Shown one piece after another: positions 14,180 to 26,542 of a stretch of DNA of 64,000 nucleotides. Below the pieces are notes generated by a model, which saw only the letters and a program-made list of their open reading frames with translations, was not told the DNA's origin and ran no database searches. A program made the translations under genes and the position numbers. Within the stretch, counting starts at the first letter, position 1. Each line of letters starts with the position of its first letter. Source of the stretch: Rhodospirillaceae bacterium (GTDB lineage: Bacteria; Pseudomonadota; Alphaproteobacteria; Azospirillales; Azospirillaceae); contig JBAXPR010000003.1 of NCBI GenBank assembly GCA_037132135.1, positions 16,943-80,942 on the forward strand. The letters are read 5' to 3'.

Positions 14180-15136
14180 ATGGACATCATGACACGGGCG
14201 TTGGTGTTTCCGGGGCAGGGCAGCCAGGCGGTGGGCATGGGGCGCGAACTGGCCGAGGCGTTTACCGACGCCAGGCTGGTGTTTGACGAGGTCGACGACG
14301 CGCTCGGCCAGAAGCTGTCGAAACTGATGGCCGAAGGGCCGGAAGCTGATCTGGTTCTCACCGAAAACGCCCAGCCGGCCCTGATGGCGGTGTCGCTGGC
14401 GGTGGTCGCGGTGCTGCAGAAGCAGGGCGGGCTCGAGATCGCCAGGGTGGCGCGCTTCGTTGCCGGCCACTCGCTCGGAGAATATTCGGCGCTGTGCGCC
14501 GCCGGGACCTTCACCCTTGCCGACGCCGCGCGCCTGCTCAAGCTGCGCGGCCGGTCGATGCAGAAGGCGGTGCCGGTCGGGCAGGGTGCGATGGCGGCGC
14601 TGATGGGAGCCGACCTCGAGGCCGCCCAGGCGATCGCCGCCGAGGCCGCGGCCGAGACCGGCAAGGTCTGTGCCGCCGCCAATGACAACGCGCCGGGGCA
14701 GGTGGTGATCAGCGGCGACGCCGAGGCGGTCGATCGCGCCATCGCCATAGCCGCCGCCAAGGGGTTCAAGCGCGCGGTCAAGCTGCCGGTGAGCGCGCCC
14801 TTCCACTGTCCCTTGATGCAGCCGGCGGCCGACGCGATGGCCGAGGCGCTGGCCGGGGTGGCCATGAAGCCGCCGGTGGTGCCGGTGGTGGCCAACGTCA
14901 TCGCCCGCGCGATCAGCGATCCCGACGAGATCCGCGCCCGGCTGGTCGAACAGGTGTGCGGCGTGGTGCGCTGGCGGGAAAGCATGCTTTATGTCAAGGC
15001 CGAGGGGGTGAATACCCTGGTCGAACTGGGCAGCGGCAAGGTTCTGACCGGCCTTGCCAAGCGCATCGACAAGGAACTGGTCGGGGTTTCGGTCCAGACT
15101 CCGGCCGACATCGAGTCTTTCCTGCGGACCTTGTGA
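14180..15136 (+). CDS. fabD: malonyl-CoA:ACP transacylase
   Basis: LVFPGQGSQAVGMG and active-site GHSLGEYSAL motifs. ATG 14189 is an alternative start. Confidence 0.9.
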   Translation: MDIMTRALVFPGQGSQAVGMGRELAEAFTDARLVFDEVDDALGQKLSKLMAEGPEADLVLTENAQPALMAVSLAVVAVLQKQGGLEIARVARFVAGHSLGEYSALCAAGTFTLADAARLLKLRGRSMQKAVPVGQGAMAALMGADLEAAQAIAAEAAAETGKVCAAANDNAPGQVVISGDAEAVDRAIAIAAAKGFKRAVKLPVSAPFHCPLMQPAADAMAEALAGVAMKPPVVPVVANVIARAISDPDEIRARLVEQVCGVVRWRESMLYVKAEGVNTLVELGSGKVLTGLAKRIDKELVGVSVQTPADIESFLRTL

Positions 15137-15189
15137 TCCCTCCTGCCTTTTTGTCTTCTCCTTTCTCTTCGGACGGAATGATCGTGGCC

Positions 15190-15936
15190 ATGTTCGATCT
15201 CGGTGGAAAAACGGCACTGGTGACCGGAGCTTCGGGTGGAATCGGTGCCGCCATCGCGCGGGCGCTGTTTGCCCGGGGTGCGATGGTGGCGCTTTCGGGT
15301 ACCCGCATCGAGGCGCTGGAAGCGCTGGCGGCGGAGTTGGGCGGTGGTGAGCGGGTGCTGATCGTGCCGGGCAATCTCGCTGATGCCGCCGCGACCGAAG
15401 CCCTCTTCAAGGCCGCCGAGGCGGCGCTGGGCGGCAAGGTCGACATCCTGGTCAACAATGCCGGCCTGACCCGCGACGGTCTGGCCATGCGCATGAAGGA
15501 CGAGGACTGGCAGGCGGTGCTCGATGTCAACCTCACCGCCGGCTTCCGGCTGGCGCGGGCAGCCTTGCGCGGCATGATGAAGCGGCGCTGGGGCCGGATC
15601 ATCGGCATCACCTCGATCGTCGGGGTGACCGGCAATCCGGGGCAGGCCAATTACGCCGCCTCCAAGGCCGGCATGATCGGCATGTCGAAGGCGCTGGCGG
15701 CCGAAGTCGCCTCGCGCGGCATCACCGTGAACTGCGTTGCGCCCGGCTTCATCGCGACGCCGATGACCGACGCGCTGGAGGCGGCGCAGAAGGACAAGCT
15801 GATCGGCGCGGTGCCGGCCGGTCGTCTCGGGGTGCCGGCCGATATCGCGGCGGGTGTGCTCTACCTCGCCAGCGAGGAGGCGGCCTACGTGACCGGTCAG
15901 ACATTGCATATCAACGGTGGCATGGCCATGATCTGA
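15190..15936 (+). CDS. fabG: 3-oxoacyl-ACP reductase
   Basis: TGASGGIG, NNAG and YAASKAG (SDR catalytic YxxxK) motifs. Start placed at ATG 15190 within track ORF 14956..15936. Confidence 0.9.
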   Translation: MFDLGGKTALVTGASGGIGAAIARALFARGAMVALSGTRIEALEALAAELGGGERVLIVPGNLADAAATEALFKAAEAALGGKVDILVNNAGLTRDGLAMRMKDEDWQAVLDVNLTAGFRLARAALRGMMKRRWGRIIGITSIVGVTGNPGQANYAASKAGMIGMSKALAAEVASRGITVNCVAPGFIATPMTDALEAAQKDKLIGAVPAGRLGVPADIAAGVLYLASEEAAYVTGQTLHINGGMAMI

Positions 15937-16125
15937 CCCCGGTCGGCGTGGTGCGCGGAGCGCACCCTCGGGGATGCTGGTCAATCGTGGCGATCTGTGG
16001 TAGGTGACGTGACTTTTTCGGGCGACCGGGCACGTCTAAAGCGGGATCGTGGCGGCGCCGGTCGTGCCGCTTCGTCGTCGGGAAACCGGCTCTTTGTCGA
16101 TGGAACAGGAAAAAGGTAAAACAAC

Positions 16126-16368
16126 ATGAGCGGTGATATTGCCGAGCGCGTTAAGAAGATCGTCGTCGAGCATCTCGGCGTCGAGGAGTCGAAGGTGGTG
16201 GAGAATGCCAGTTTCATCGACGATCTGGGCGCGGACAGCCTGGATACCGTCGAGCTGGTCATGGCTTTTGAAGAAGAGTTCGGCTGCGAGATTCCGGACG
16301 ACGCCGCCGAAAAGATTCTGACGGTCAAGGACGCCATCACCTTCATCTCGGCGCACGCCCAGTCCTGA
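16126..16368 (+). CDS. acpP: acyl carrier protein
   Basis: 80 aa with the phosphopantetheine site [19 protein letters not shown]. Confidence 0.95.
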   Translation: MSGDIAERVKKIVVEHLGVEESKVVENASFIDDLGADSLDTVELVMAFEEEFGCEIPDDAAEKILTVKDAITFISAHAQS

Positions 16369-16389
16369 TCGGGATGGACGTTCGGGTAA

Positions 16390-16436
16390 CTGCGGTTCAC
16401 GGGCCCCGGCACTAGCGTCGCCGGGCCCGGCCGCAG
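16390..16436 (+). other. GC-rich hairpin between acpP and fabF (possible attenuator or processing site)
   Basis: Outer arms CTGCGG/CCGCAG, inner arms GGGCC(C)CGGC/GCCGGGCCC, 9-nt loop. No U-tract follows. Confidence 0.4.
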
Positions 16437-16469
16437 TGGGGATTCACGGGAAGAACATCGGAAACTGCC

Positions 16470-17735
16470 ATGAGACGTGTCGTGGTAACCGGTCTCGGGA
16501 TGGTGACGCCTCTCGGAGTCGGGCACAGGAACAACTGGTCGCGGCTGGTGAACTCCGAATCGGGCATCAGCGGGATCACCCGCTTCGATGTCTCCGATCT
16601 GGCGGCAAAAATCGCAGGGCAGGTGCCTCGCGGTGAAACCGCCGCGGGTCTCTTCAATGCCGACGACTATGTGCCGCCCAAGGACCAGCGCAAGATCGAT
16701 GACTTTATCCTCTATGCGATGGGCGCGGCGGCTGAAGCGGTGGTCGACTCCGGCTGGAATCCTCAGGACGAAGAGTCCCAGGAGCGCACCGGGGTGATGA
16801 TCGGTTCGGGCATCGGCGGCCTTCCCGGCATCGCGGAGGGTGCGATCCTGCTCAAGGAGAAGGGGCCGCGGCGGGTCTCGCCGTTCTTCATCCCCTCCTG
16901 CCTGATCAACCTCGCATCCGGGCAGGTTTCGATCAAGTATGGCTTCAAGGGGCCGAACCACGCGGTGGTCACCGCCTGCTCCTCGGGTGCCCACGCCATC
17001 GGCGACGCCGCTCGGTTGATTCAGTTCGACGATGCCGACGTGATGTTCGCGGGCGGTGCCGAAAGCGCGCTGTGCCGGCTCGGTCTGGCCGGTTTCGCGG
17101 CGGCCAAGGCGCTCTCGACCGGCTACAACGACACGCCCGAAAAGGCGTCGCGGCCCTATGATCAGGGGCGGGACGGCTTTGTGATGGGCGAAGGTGCCGG
17201 GATCGTGGTGCTGGAAGAGTTGGAGCACGCCAAGAAGCGGGGCGCGCACATCTATGCCGAGATCGTCGGTTACGGCATGTCGGGCGACGCCTACCACATC
17301 ACCTCACCGCCGGAAAACGGCAATGGCGGTTTCCGCTCGATGCGGATGGCGCTGAAGCGGGCCGGGCTGGATCCGTCGGAAATCGATTACATCAACGCTC
17401 ACGGCACCTCGACGCCGGTCGGCGACGAGATCGAACTTGGCGCGGTCAAGCGGCTCTTCGGCCCGGCGATCGAAACCGTGTCGATGTCCTCGACCAAGTC
17501 GGCGATCGGCCATCTCCTGGGCGCCGCCGGGGCGGTGGAGGCGATCTACTCGATCAAGACCATCACCGAGGGTCTGCTGCCGCCGACCCTCAATCTGGAA
17601 AACCCCTCGGAAAGCTGCAAAGGCGTGGATCTGGTACCGAAGGTGGCCAAGGAAAAGAAGGTGCGGGCGGCGCTTTCCAACTCCTTCGGCTTCGGCGGCA
17701 CCAACGCCTCGGTGGTGTTCAAGGCCTTCTCCTAG
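16470..17735 (+). CDS. fabF: beta-ketoacyl-ACP synthase II
   Basis: 421 aa with active-site region VVTACSSGAHAIGDA, plus INAHGTSTPVGD and NSFGFGGTNASVVF. Confidence 0.95.
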   Translation: MRRVVVTGLGMVTPLGVGHRNNWSRLVNSESGISGITRFDVSDLAAKIAGQVPRGETAAGLFNADDYVPPKDQRKIDDFILYAMGAAAEAVVDSGWNPQDEESQERTGVMIGSGIGGLPGIAEGAILLKEKGPRRVSPFFIPSCLINLASGQVSIKYGFKGPNHAVVTACSSGAHAIGDAARLIQFDDADVMFAGGAESALCRLGLAGFAAAKALSTGYNDTPEKASRPYDQGRDGFVMGEGAGIVVLEELEHAKKRGAHIYAEIVGYGMSGDAYHITSPPENGNGGFRSMRMALKRAGLDPSEIDYINAHGTSTPVGDEIELGAVKRLFGPAIETVSMSSTKSAIGHLLGAAGAVEAIYSIKTITEGLLPPTLNLENPSESCKGVDLVPKVAKEKKVRAALSNSFGFGGTNASVVFKAFS

Positions 17736-17749
17736 GGCGGCCGGCTTAG

Positions 17750-18757
17750 ATGGGCGCGGTATTGAAGACAATGCTCCGGTGGTTTGCCGGAGCATTTTCT
17801 TTTGTTCTTGTGCTGGTGCTGGCGGCGGTCTGGCTCGGCGTCGAACTGCGGCGGCCGGGACCGCTGGCAGAGGACAAGACCATCGTGATTCAGCGCGGTG
17901 CCGGCGTCGGCTCGATCGGCCATACCCTGGCCGAGGCCGGGGTGGTCCGGGCGGCGCTGCTGTTTGAACTGGCGGCCGGGCTGGCGCGCTTTCGCGGCGA
18001 GCACCAGATGCGGGCCGGCGAATATGTCTTCGCCAAGGGCGAGAGCGTGCTCGGGATCGTCGAGCAGATGCTCCACGGCCGCACCCTGGTTCACCGCTTC
18101 AGTGTCATCGAGGGGGTGACGGTGGCCCAGGTGGTGACGGCGCTGCGGGCCGAACCGGCGCTGGCCGGCGAGATCGCCGAGGTGCCCGAGGATGGCAGCC
18201 TCTTGCCCGACACCTACCATTTTTCTCTTGGCGACGGCCGGGCGGCGCTGCTCCAGCGCATGCACGCGGCGATGACCGCCACCATCGCCGATCTCTGGTC
18301 GGGCCGGGCGGTCGGTTTGCCGCTCGAGACCCAGGGCGCGGCGGTGGTGCTGGCCTCGATCGTCGAGAAGGAAACCGCCCAGCCCGGAGAACGCGCCCGC
18401 ATTGCCGGGGTGTTTTACAATCGGCTGGCGTCAGGCATGCGCCTGCAGTCGGACCCGACGGTGATCTATGCCCTGACCGGCGGCAAGGGACCGCTGGGGC
18501 GACCGCTCAGTCAGGCCGACTGGCATGTCGACTCGCCCTTCAACACCTATCAGATCGACGGCCTGCCGCCGAAGCCGATCGGCAATCCTGGCCGGGCCAG
18601 CCTCTCGGCGGTGCTCAACCCCGAGCGCCACGAGTTCTTGTATTTCGTCGCCGACGGCAGCGGCGGTCACGCCTTCGCCAAGACCCTGGCCGAGCACAAC
18701 CGCAACGTCGCCCACTGGCGCCAGCGTCAACGCGAGCACGAGCACGGCGGGCCGTGA
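17750..18757 (+). CDS. mltG: endolytic murein transglycosylase MltG (YceG-like)
   Basis: N-terminal TM segment, then ASIVEKE..ERARIAGVFYNRL..LQSDPTVIY and NTYQIDGLPPKPIGNPG motifs. Confidence 0.85.
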   Translation: MGAVLKTMLRWFAGAFSFVLVLVLAAVWLGVELRRPGPLAEDKTIVIQRGAGVGSIGHTLAEAGVVRAALLFELAAGLARFRGEHQMRAGEYVFAKGESVLGIVEQMLHGRTLVHRFSVIEGVTVAQVVTALRAEPALAGEIAEVPEDGSLLPDTYHFSLGDGRAALLQRMHAAMTATIADLWSGRAVGLPLETQGAAVVLASIVEKETAQPGERARIAGVFYNRLASGMRLQSDPTVIYALTGGKGPLGRPLSQADWHVDSPFNTYQIDGLPPKPIGNPGRASLSAVLNPERHEFLYFVADGSGGHAFAKTLAEHNRNVAHWRQRQREHEHGGP

Positions 18758-18767
18758 CGGCCGCGGC

Positions 18768-19226
18768 TCAGGGCCGCTTCTGGCGCTGGGGGTTGCGGAC
18801 GATGCCGAACCAGTAATCCTCGATGCCGTGAATGGCGTGAAACAGCTTGTCGATGTCAACCGGCTTGGTCACGAAGCCGGCGGCACCGAGGTCGTAAGTC
18901 TGCAGCACATCGTTTTCGACGTCGGAGGTGGTCAGCACCACCACCGGAATCCGGGCCAGCACCGGGTCGCTCTTGATCGCCTTCAAGGTTTCCCGGCCGT
19001 TCATCCGCGGCATGTTGAGGTCGAGCAGTACCAGATCGGGGGTTGGCGCCCGGCTGAATTCGGGTTTGCTCCGGCGCAGGAAGGCCATCGCCTCCAAGCC
19101 GTCCTTGGCCTCGTGGCTGCGGCAGATGAAATGCCCGTCGGCGATCGCCGCCTTGATCAGCTCGATATCGCCCGGTTCGTCATCGACGATCAGAATCTCG
19201 AAGCTGCCGATATAGGTCTCAACCAT
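18768..19226 (-). CDS. single-domain response regulator (CheY/Rcp1-like)
   Basis: FEILIVDDEPGD..LVLLDLNMPRMNG..VVVLTTS..GFVTKP covers all receiver hallmarks. No output domain. Confidence 0.85.
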   Translation of the reverse strand: MVETYIGSFEILIVDDEPGDIELIKAAIADGHFICRSHEAKDGLEAMAFLRRSKPEFSRAPTPDLVLLDLNMPRMNGRETLKAIKSDPVLARIPVVVLTTSDVENDVLQTYDLGAAGFVTKPVDIDKLFHAIHGIEDYWFGIVRNPQRQKRP

Positions 19227-19231
19227 CGCCG

Positions 19232-20671
19232 TTACTCCGTTTCAGAGCCAAAGGTCATCGATACCGCGGTCCCGCCATCCTCGCCGTCGATCACGCTAAC
19301 CGTGCCGCCGGCCGCCTCGACGATCTTGCGAACCAGCGACAGCCCGATGCCGGTCCCGGGATGCTCGGCGTCGCTGTGCAGCCGCTCAAATACCCTGAAC
19401 ACCCGCTCGCGATATTCGGCGGGAATGCCGATGCCATTGTCGCTGACGATCACCGTGACCTGATCCGGTGTCCGGGTGGCGCTGATCCTGAGATGCAGCG
19501 GCCGGTCGGCCCGGCGGTATTCGATGGCGTTGTCGAGCAGCGCCCGAAAGACGTCGGTCAGGCGGCTCTCGGCGAGGCGCAGCGGCGGCAGCGCGTCGGC
19601 CTCGACCGTCGCGCCGATCTCGGCCAGCCTCGCCGCGAGGTCGCGACGGGCCTGGGCGAAGGCGGCGTCGCTGTTGCACGGGGTCAGGCCGGGCTTGAGA
19701 TGCTTGAGCGCGAGAAAGAGCTGGACATCCCGGATCAGCGCCCGGAGGCGCAGCGCGCCCTTCAGGATATAGGCCAGCGACGAGCGGGCGGTTTCGGCGC
19801 AGTCGGCCGGCAACTGCATCTGCAGCTTCTGGGCGAAGGCGTATTGCAGCCGCACCGGCTCTTGCAGATGGTGGGCCAGCACTTCGGAGAAGCGCTCCAG
19901 TTCCTCGTAGGAGGCCTTTTGTGCCCGGGTCATGGCGTTGAAGGCGGCAATCAGCCGCTGGACCTCGGGCGAGCCGCGCGGCCGCTGGTCTTCGGTGGTT
20001 TGACCGGCCTCGATCCGGCGCACTCGGGCATCGAGTTCCTTGAGCGGGTCGAGGGCCTGCCGCAGCACGATCATCAGGCACAGCAGCATACCGCCGCTGC
20101 TTAAGCCGAGCAGGCCGACGTAACTGGCGATACCGCTGACGATCTCCTGCTCGCGGCTCCGGGCGCTGACCTGGAGCCGGACCTCGCCATAGCTGCGCCC
20201 GCCGACCGCGATCCGTCTTTGCTCGGCGGGTTCGGGCAGGGCGAGCCAGGCGTGAACCAGTTCGGCGCCGGGGTAGGAGGGCAGGGGCATGGCCACCACC
20301 AGCGGTTTGCCGCGTTCCGGGCGCCAGGCCACCTCGGCGACCCCGGCCTGGCGGGAGAAGCGCTGGAGGGTCTGGGTGATGGTGGCGTAATCTCCGAGGA
20401 TGGCGTATTCGGTCAGCATCGAGGCCAAGAGGTCGGCCTCGCGGCTGGCCTGATTGCGGAGGTCCTTGGAGTGGCCGCGAATGTCGTCGCTGATCAGCCA
20501 GGAGAACATCAGCAGGGCGCCGCCGCCGAGGCAGACCCCAAGCACGGTCGCGAGACGCACGAACAGCGACAGCCGGCTCCAGCCCCGCGCCAGCGGCGCC
20601 GGCACTCCGTGTCTGATCAGTCTGGCGATCGAGGTCATCGGGCCGGCCATGGCTGTTCCTTCCGGGTCCAT
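19232..20671 (-). CDS. membrane sensor histidine kinase (2 TM, HAMP-like linker, HisKA/HATPase)
   Basis: 479 aa with two hydrophobic segments and a C-terminal DNGIGIP..GTGIGLSLVRKIVEAAGG ATPase. Start overlaps the upstream SBP stop (TAATG). Confidence 0.85.
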   Translation of the reverse strand: MDPEGTAMAGPMTSIARLIRHGVPAPLARGWSRLSLFVRLATVLGVCLGGGALLMFSWLISDDIRGHSKDLRNQASREADLLASMLTEYAILGDYATITQTLQRFSRQAGVAEVAWRPERGKPLVVAMPLPSYPGAELVHAWLALPEPAEQRRIAVGGRSYGEVRLQVSARSREQEIVSGIASYVGLLGLSSGGMLLCLMIVLRQALDPLKELDARVRRIEAGQTTEDQRPRGSPEVQRLIAAFNAMTRAQKASYEELERFSEVLAHHLQEPVRLQYAFAQKLQMQLPADCAETARSSLAYILKGALRLRALIRDVQLFLALKHLKPGLTPCNSDAAFAQARRDLAARLAEIGATVEADALPPLRLAESRLTDVFRALLDNAIEYRRADRPLHLRISATRTPDQVTVIVSDNGIGIPAEYRERVFRVFERLHSDAEHPGTGIGLSLVRKIVEAAGGTVSVIDGEDGGTAVSMTFGSETE

Positions 20672-21570
20672 TACTTGGGCAGCAGATCCAGCCGCGCGTT
20701 ACGGTAGAACGTGAGATAGGACTGATAGTCGGCGTCGGTGGCGGTGACGTAGCTGACCGGCTTGATCCCGCCGGCCCGGGCGGCGCGGTTCAGCACCTCC
20801 TGGCCCTCGGGATCGCCGGCCATGCCGGCCAGGGCGTCGCGCAGCGCGCCGGCCACCGCATCGCTGACGGTTGGTCCGGCCATGATCGGGATATCGAGGA
20901 ACGGGGGCGACGACCACAATACCCGGTAGCTCAGGCCCTCGCGGCGGGCGAAATCGGCCATCACCGCCGAGTTGACCGCCGCCGCCTCGGCCTGTCCCGC
21001 CTTCAGTTGGGCCATCGCCCCTTCCTGATTGCCGGCGAACAGCGGCTTGACCGTGATCCCGGCCTTGACCAGGGCATCGCCGGTGACCTGATAGCCAACA
21101 AAGGCGACCGGCGAGGGAAACAGCATCTCGCGGCCGGCGAGTTCGGCCAGGGTCCGCACCGGCGAGCCGTCCAGCACCACGATCTGGCCGTGAATGGCCT
21201 CGGTGGCCGGGCGGGCGATCACCCGGAATCCCAACGCCTGCTTGTCGGGGGCGAAGAGATTGTTCGAATAGATAAAATCGAAGTCGCCGCGGCTGGCCAT
21301 GGTCACGGTCTCGGGCGCCGAGCGGCCAATCCGCAGTTCCAGGGCGAGGCCGGTGCGGGCGCTGAGGTGGGTCAGGATCGGATTCCAGTATTCGGCGGTC
21401 AGAGTCGGGCTGCGCTGACTGAGCACGCCGAAGGCCAGGGGCCGGTCCTCGGCCCTGGCCGCCGTCGCCCCGGCGATCATCAGCGCCCAGGCCATCAGCA
21501 AAGACAGGACGCGCTGCCGGGCCAAAGCCAGGCAGCGGCGGCGGCGGGCGCACGGCCGAAGCGGGGTCAT
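20671..21570 (-). CDS. periplasmic PhnD-like substrate-binding protein
   Basis: Signal peptide ..LMIAGATAARAED, then LAFGVLSQRSP..TAEYWNPILTHLS..ELRIGRS..DFDFIYSN, typical of the phosphonate/PhnD SBP fold. ATGA overlap with the upstream kinase. Confidence 0.75.
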   Translation of the reverse strand: MTPLRPCARRRRCLALARQRVLSLLMAWALMIAGATAARAEDRPLAFGVLSQRSPTLTAEYWNPILTHLSARTGLALELRIGRSAPETVTMASRGDFDFIYSNNLFAPDKQALGFRVIARPATEAIHGQIVVLDGSPVRTLAELAGREMLFPSPVAFVGYQVTGDALVKAGITVKPLFAGNQEGAMAQLKAGQAEAAAVNSAVMADFARREGLSYRVLWSSPPFLDIPIMAGPTVSDAVAGALRDALAGMAGDPEGQEVLNRAARAGGIKPVSYVTATDADYQSYLTFYRNARLDLLPK

Positions 21571-24245
21571 GGTTGTTCTCCATCGGTTGCCGCCGGCCCC
21601 GGCTGGCGGGGCAGGGCGATCCAGAAGGTGCAGCCGGCATCGAGGCCGGACTCGACCCAGATGCGGCCGCCGTGATGGTCCATGATCTTGCGGCAGGCGG
21701 CGAGACCGATGCCGTTGCCCTCGTACTGCTCGCGCGAGACCAGCCGCTGGAAAATCTTGAACAGGCGGTCATGCTGCTCGGGATCGATGCCGATGCCGTT
21801 GTCGGTCACCGCGATCCGCCATTCGCCCTCCTGCTCCTCGGCCCGGATCGTCACCTCGGGCGGGCGCTCGGGGTGACGGAACTTCAGCGCGTTGCTGACC
21901 AGATTCTGGAACAGCCGCTCCAGCTCCGAGGGGTTGCCCTCGATCGCCGGCAGTGGCGATGGCACGCTGACGCTGGCTCCGGTCTCGGCAATCGGGCCGG
22001 CCAGGGTATCGAGGGCGCGGGCGAGGGAGTCGTCAAGGCTGACCGGCTCGGGCGCGCCCGAAATGCGGCCGATGCGGGAGTAATCCAGCAGGTCCTTGAT
22101 CATCTGGTCCATCCGCTGGGCGCCGTCGACCGCGAACCGGATGTATTTCTCCTCGTCCGGCCCGAGCCGGGCTTTCAGAGTCTTGGTCAGCAGGCCGAGA
22201 TAGCCGCTGATCATGCGCAGCGGCTGGCGCAGATCGTGGGAGGCGACATAGGCGAACCGCTCAAGGTCGGCGTTGGAGCGGCGGAGGTCGGCCTCCAGCG
22301 CCTTGAAGCTGGAAATATCCTGAGCGATGGCGACGAAGCCGCCGGCCCTGCCCTCGGCGTCCGGGATGGCGCTGATCGAGAGCAGCACCGGTAATCGCGT
22401 GCGGGAGCGGCCTAGCAGGGTCCACTCGGATACCACCGGGGCGCCGCCGGCCAGCGCCCCGGCGCACAGAACCTGGAAGCCCGAGAGGTCGGGCCGGCCG
22501 GCCGGCGCGTCTCCGGTGGCGGCTTGCCGCGCCCGGCGCGCGATCTCCTCGGGATCGAGAAACAGGACTGGAGTCGCACGGCCGACCACCTCGGCGGCGC
22601 GATAGCCAAGCCAGCGTTCGGCGGTAGAATTGAAGAGGGTGATCGTGCCGTCGACGTTGGTGGTGATGATCGCGATGCCGGCGGCGTCGAGCAGGGCGCG
22701 CTGGAACGACAGCAACTGCCGGGTTTCCCGCTCGGCCTGCCGGCGATCACTGATGTCGTGGACCACGGAATAGAGCAGTTGCCGGCCTTCGATGACGAAC
22801 GGCCCGGAATGCACCTCGACATCGCGGACCTCGCCCGAGGCCAGCCGATGGCGGAAAAAGAACTGGCTGCGGCGCTCCGCCTTCGCCTGCCGCATCTCAT
22901 CCAGGATCGCCTCGGGGCTGAGGGTGTTGATCTGATCGATCCGCATCCCCTTCAGAGTGTCCTTGCTCCAGCCATAGTATCGGGTGGCGGCGATATTGGC
23001 GTCGATGATCTGGCCGCTGGTGGGATCGATCAGAATTTCCACCGCCTTGCTGTTTTCGAACAGCTCGTAATAGAGGCCTTCGCGAGCCTTGAGTTCATGA
23101 TGGGACGCCTTCAGCGCCTGTTCGGAGGCCGCGATCCGGGCATGAAGGGCGTTGAAGGCGGAGAGCAGGCCGCCGATTTCATTGGCGCCGATATCGGTGA
23201 GCGGCTGAAACGGCAGGCGGCCGTCGGCCATCGCCTCAATGGTGGCGGTGGCGCGGGCCAGCGGCCGGAAGGCGACGACCAGCACCATCCAGAGCCCCGC
23301 CAGCGACAGCGCGGTAAAGAGGATTACGGCGTCGATTATCCAGGACACGATCTCGGTGATCGGTCGGAAGGCTTCGCCGAGCGGCACCCGGGTGACCAGA
23401 ATCCAGCGGGTGTACGGGATCGGATGGCCGGAGATCAGCTCAATGGCGCCATCAGGGCCGGTTGCCGGTTCGGAGCCCTGATAGCCGGCGGCGAAGCGGT
23501 CGAGCAGCGGCACCGCTCTGGGCGCCGGCACCAGCACCTCGGCCCGTCCCGACGCCACCACGATCTGGCCGATGGCCGGCGCATAGATGAAGATGCCGCC
23601 GCCGGTGCCGATCCGGTAGTCGATCACCCGGCCGAGGAAGTTGTGCTGCTCCACCCGGATCACGCCGAGCAGGACCGCGATCACCCGGCCGTCGCCGCCG
23701 CGGACCGGCACCACCATGGCACAGGCCGGGGTTGCCGGTGCCGACGGCCGGTAGGGCTCGGTCAGGAGGGTCTTGCCGGTGGCGAAGGTCTCGGCGGTCA
23801 GGGCCTGGAGCGCGGCCGCCGGCAGCCCGGGCTGAAAGCCCGCCGAGCGGGCCAGGACCCGGCCATCCGCGGCGGTTACCGCCAGGCCGCCGGTAAAAAA
23901 GCTGAGAATGCCGGTGCGATTGGCCAAAAACGCTTCAAGGGCGGCGGCGTCGCCGGCTTTCGCGCCCTCGACCATGCCATCGGTGACCAGGGCCGCGACC
24001 CGGTCGACCGCGGTGATCTGGAGCGCGATCTTCTCGCCAAGTTCGAGCGCCAGGGTCTGGGTCAGGGTCAATTGGTCGGCGGCCAGCACGCGCTCCAACC
24101 GGTCATGCAGGCCCGACATCATGACGGTAACAAGAGCGGCACTCATTGCCAGGACCATGCCGCCATAACCGCAGGCGATCCGGACCTTGAGGGAGGCCGA
24201 ACCGGGGAGACGGCACCGGGCCGATCGGGGATGGGGCTGGGTCAT
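21567..24245 (-). CDS. sensor histidine kinase: periplasmic Cache-like domain, HAMP, 2x PAS, HisKA, HATPase
   Basis: H-box ASHDLRQPLRMI and ATPase DNGIGID..GNGIGLAACRKIMDHHGG. Start uncertain: ATG 24245 used; track start 24320 would overlap the upstream gene. Confidence 0.85.
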   Translation of the reverse strand: MTQPHPRSARCRLPGSASLKVRIACGYGGMVLAMSAALVTVMMSGLHDRLERVLAADQLTLTQTLALELGEKIALQITAVDRVAALVTDGMVEGAKAGDAAALEAFLANRTGILSFFTGGLAVTAADGRVLARSAGFQPGLPAAALQALTAETFATGKTLLTEPYRPSAPATPACAMVVPVRGGDGRVIAVLLGVIRVEQHNFLGRVIDYRIGTGGGIFIYAPAIGQIVVASGRAEVLVPAPRAVPLLDRFAAGYQGSEPATGPDGAIELISGHPIPYTRWILVTRVPLGEAFRPITEIVSWIIDAVILFTALSLAGLWMVLVVAFRPLARATATIEAMADGRLPFQPLTDIGANEIGGLLSAFNALHARIAASEQALKASHHELKAREGLYYELFENSKAVEILIDPTSGQIIDANIAATRYYGWSKDTLKGMRIDQINTLSPEAILDEMRQAKAERRSQFFFRHRLASGEVRDVEVHSGPFVIEGRQLLYSVVHDISDRRQAERETRQLLSFQRALLDAAGIAIITTNVDGTITLFNSTAERWLGYRAAEVVGRATPVLFLDPEEIARRARQAATGDAPAGRPDLSGFQVLCAGALAGGAPVVSEWTLLGRSRTRLPVLLSISAIPDAEGRAGGFVAIAQDISSFKALEADLRRSNADLERFAYVASHDLRQPLRMISGYLGLLTKTLKARLGPDEEKYIRFAVDGAQRMDQMIKDLLDYSRIGRISGAPEPVSLDDSLARALDTLAGPIAETGASVSVPSPLPAIEGNPSELERLFQNLVSNALKFRHPERPPEVTIRAEEQEGEWRIAVTDNGIGIDPEQHDRLFKIFQRLVSREQYEGNGIGLAACRKIMDHHGGRIWVESGLDAGCTFWIALPRQPGPAATDGEQP

Positions 24246-24279
24246 GGGCCGGATCGTCCGCTGGCGGTGAAAGCCGGAG

Positions 24280-26241
<1,962 letters not shown>

Positions 26242-26542
26242 GTCCGTTCATTCAGTGGCGACGGCGATCCCGGATGTCGACAGCTTCGACGTTGTTCCGT
26301 ATCGCCGCCGGAGCCATGATCCCAATATCGCATCAGTGATTATAAAATACCGGCTAAGTTGGTCCTGGCTTCGGACCCCGGCGTCCGCTGTCGGGATTGC
26401 CCGCCTGTCTGCTGACGAGAATTAATTACGCGAAAAATACCTCGAAAATGCAAACATTTCCTTTCGGGGGCCGGCGCGACCCTTGTCGCCATCGGCGGCA
26501 AAACGTCGCAATCGCAGAGGCCCCGGTGGCGATGGCGACGTC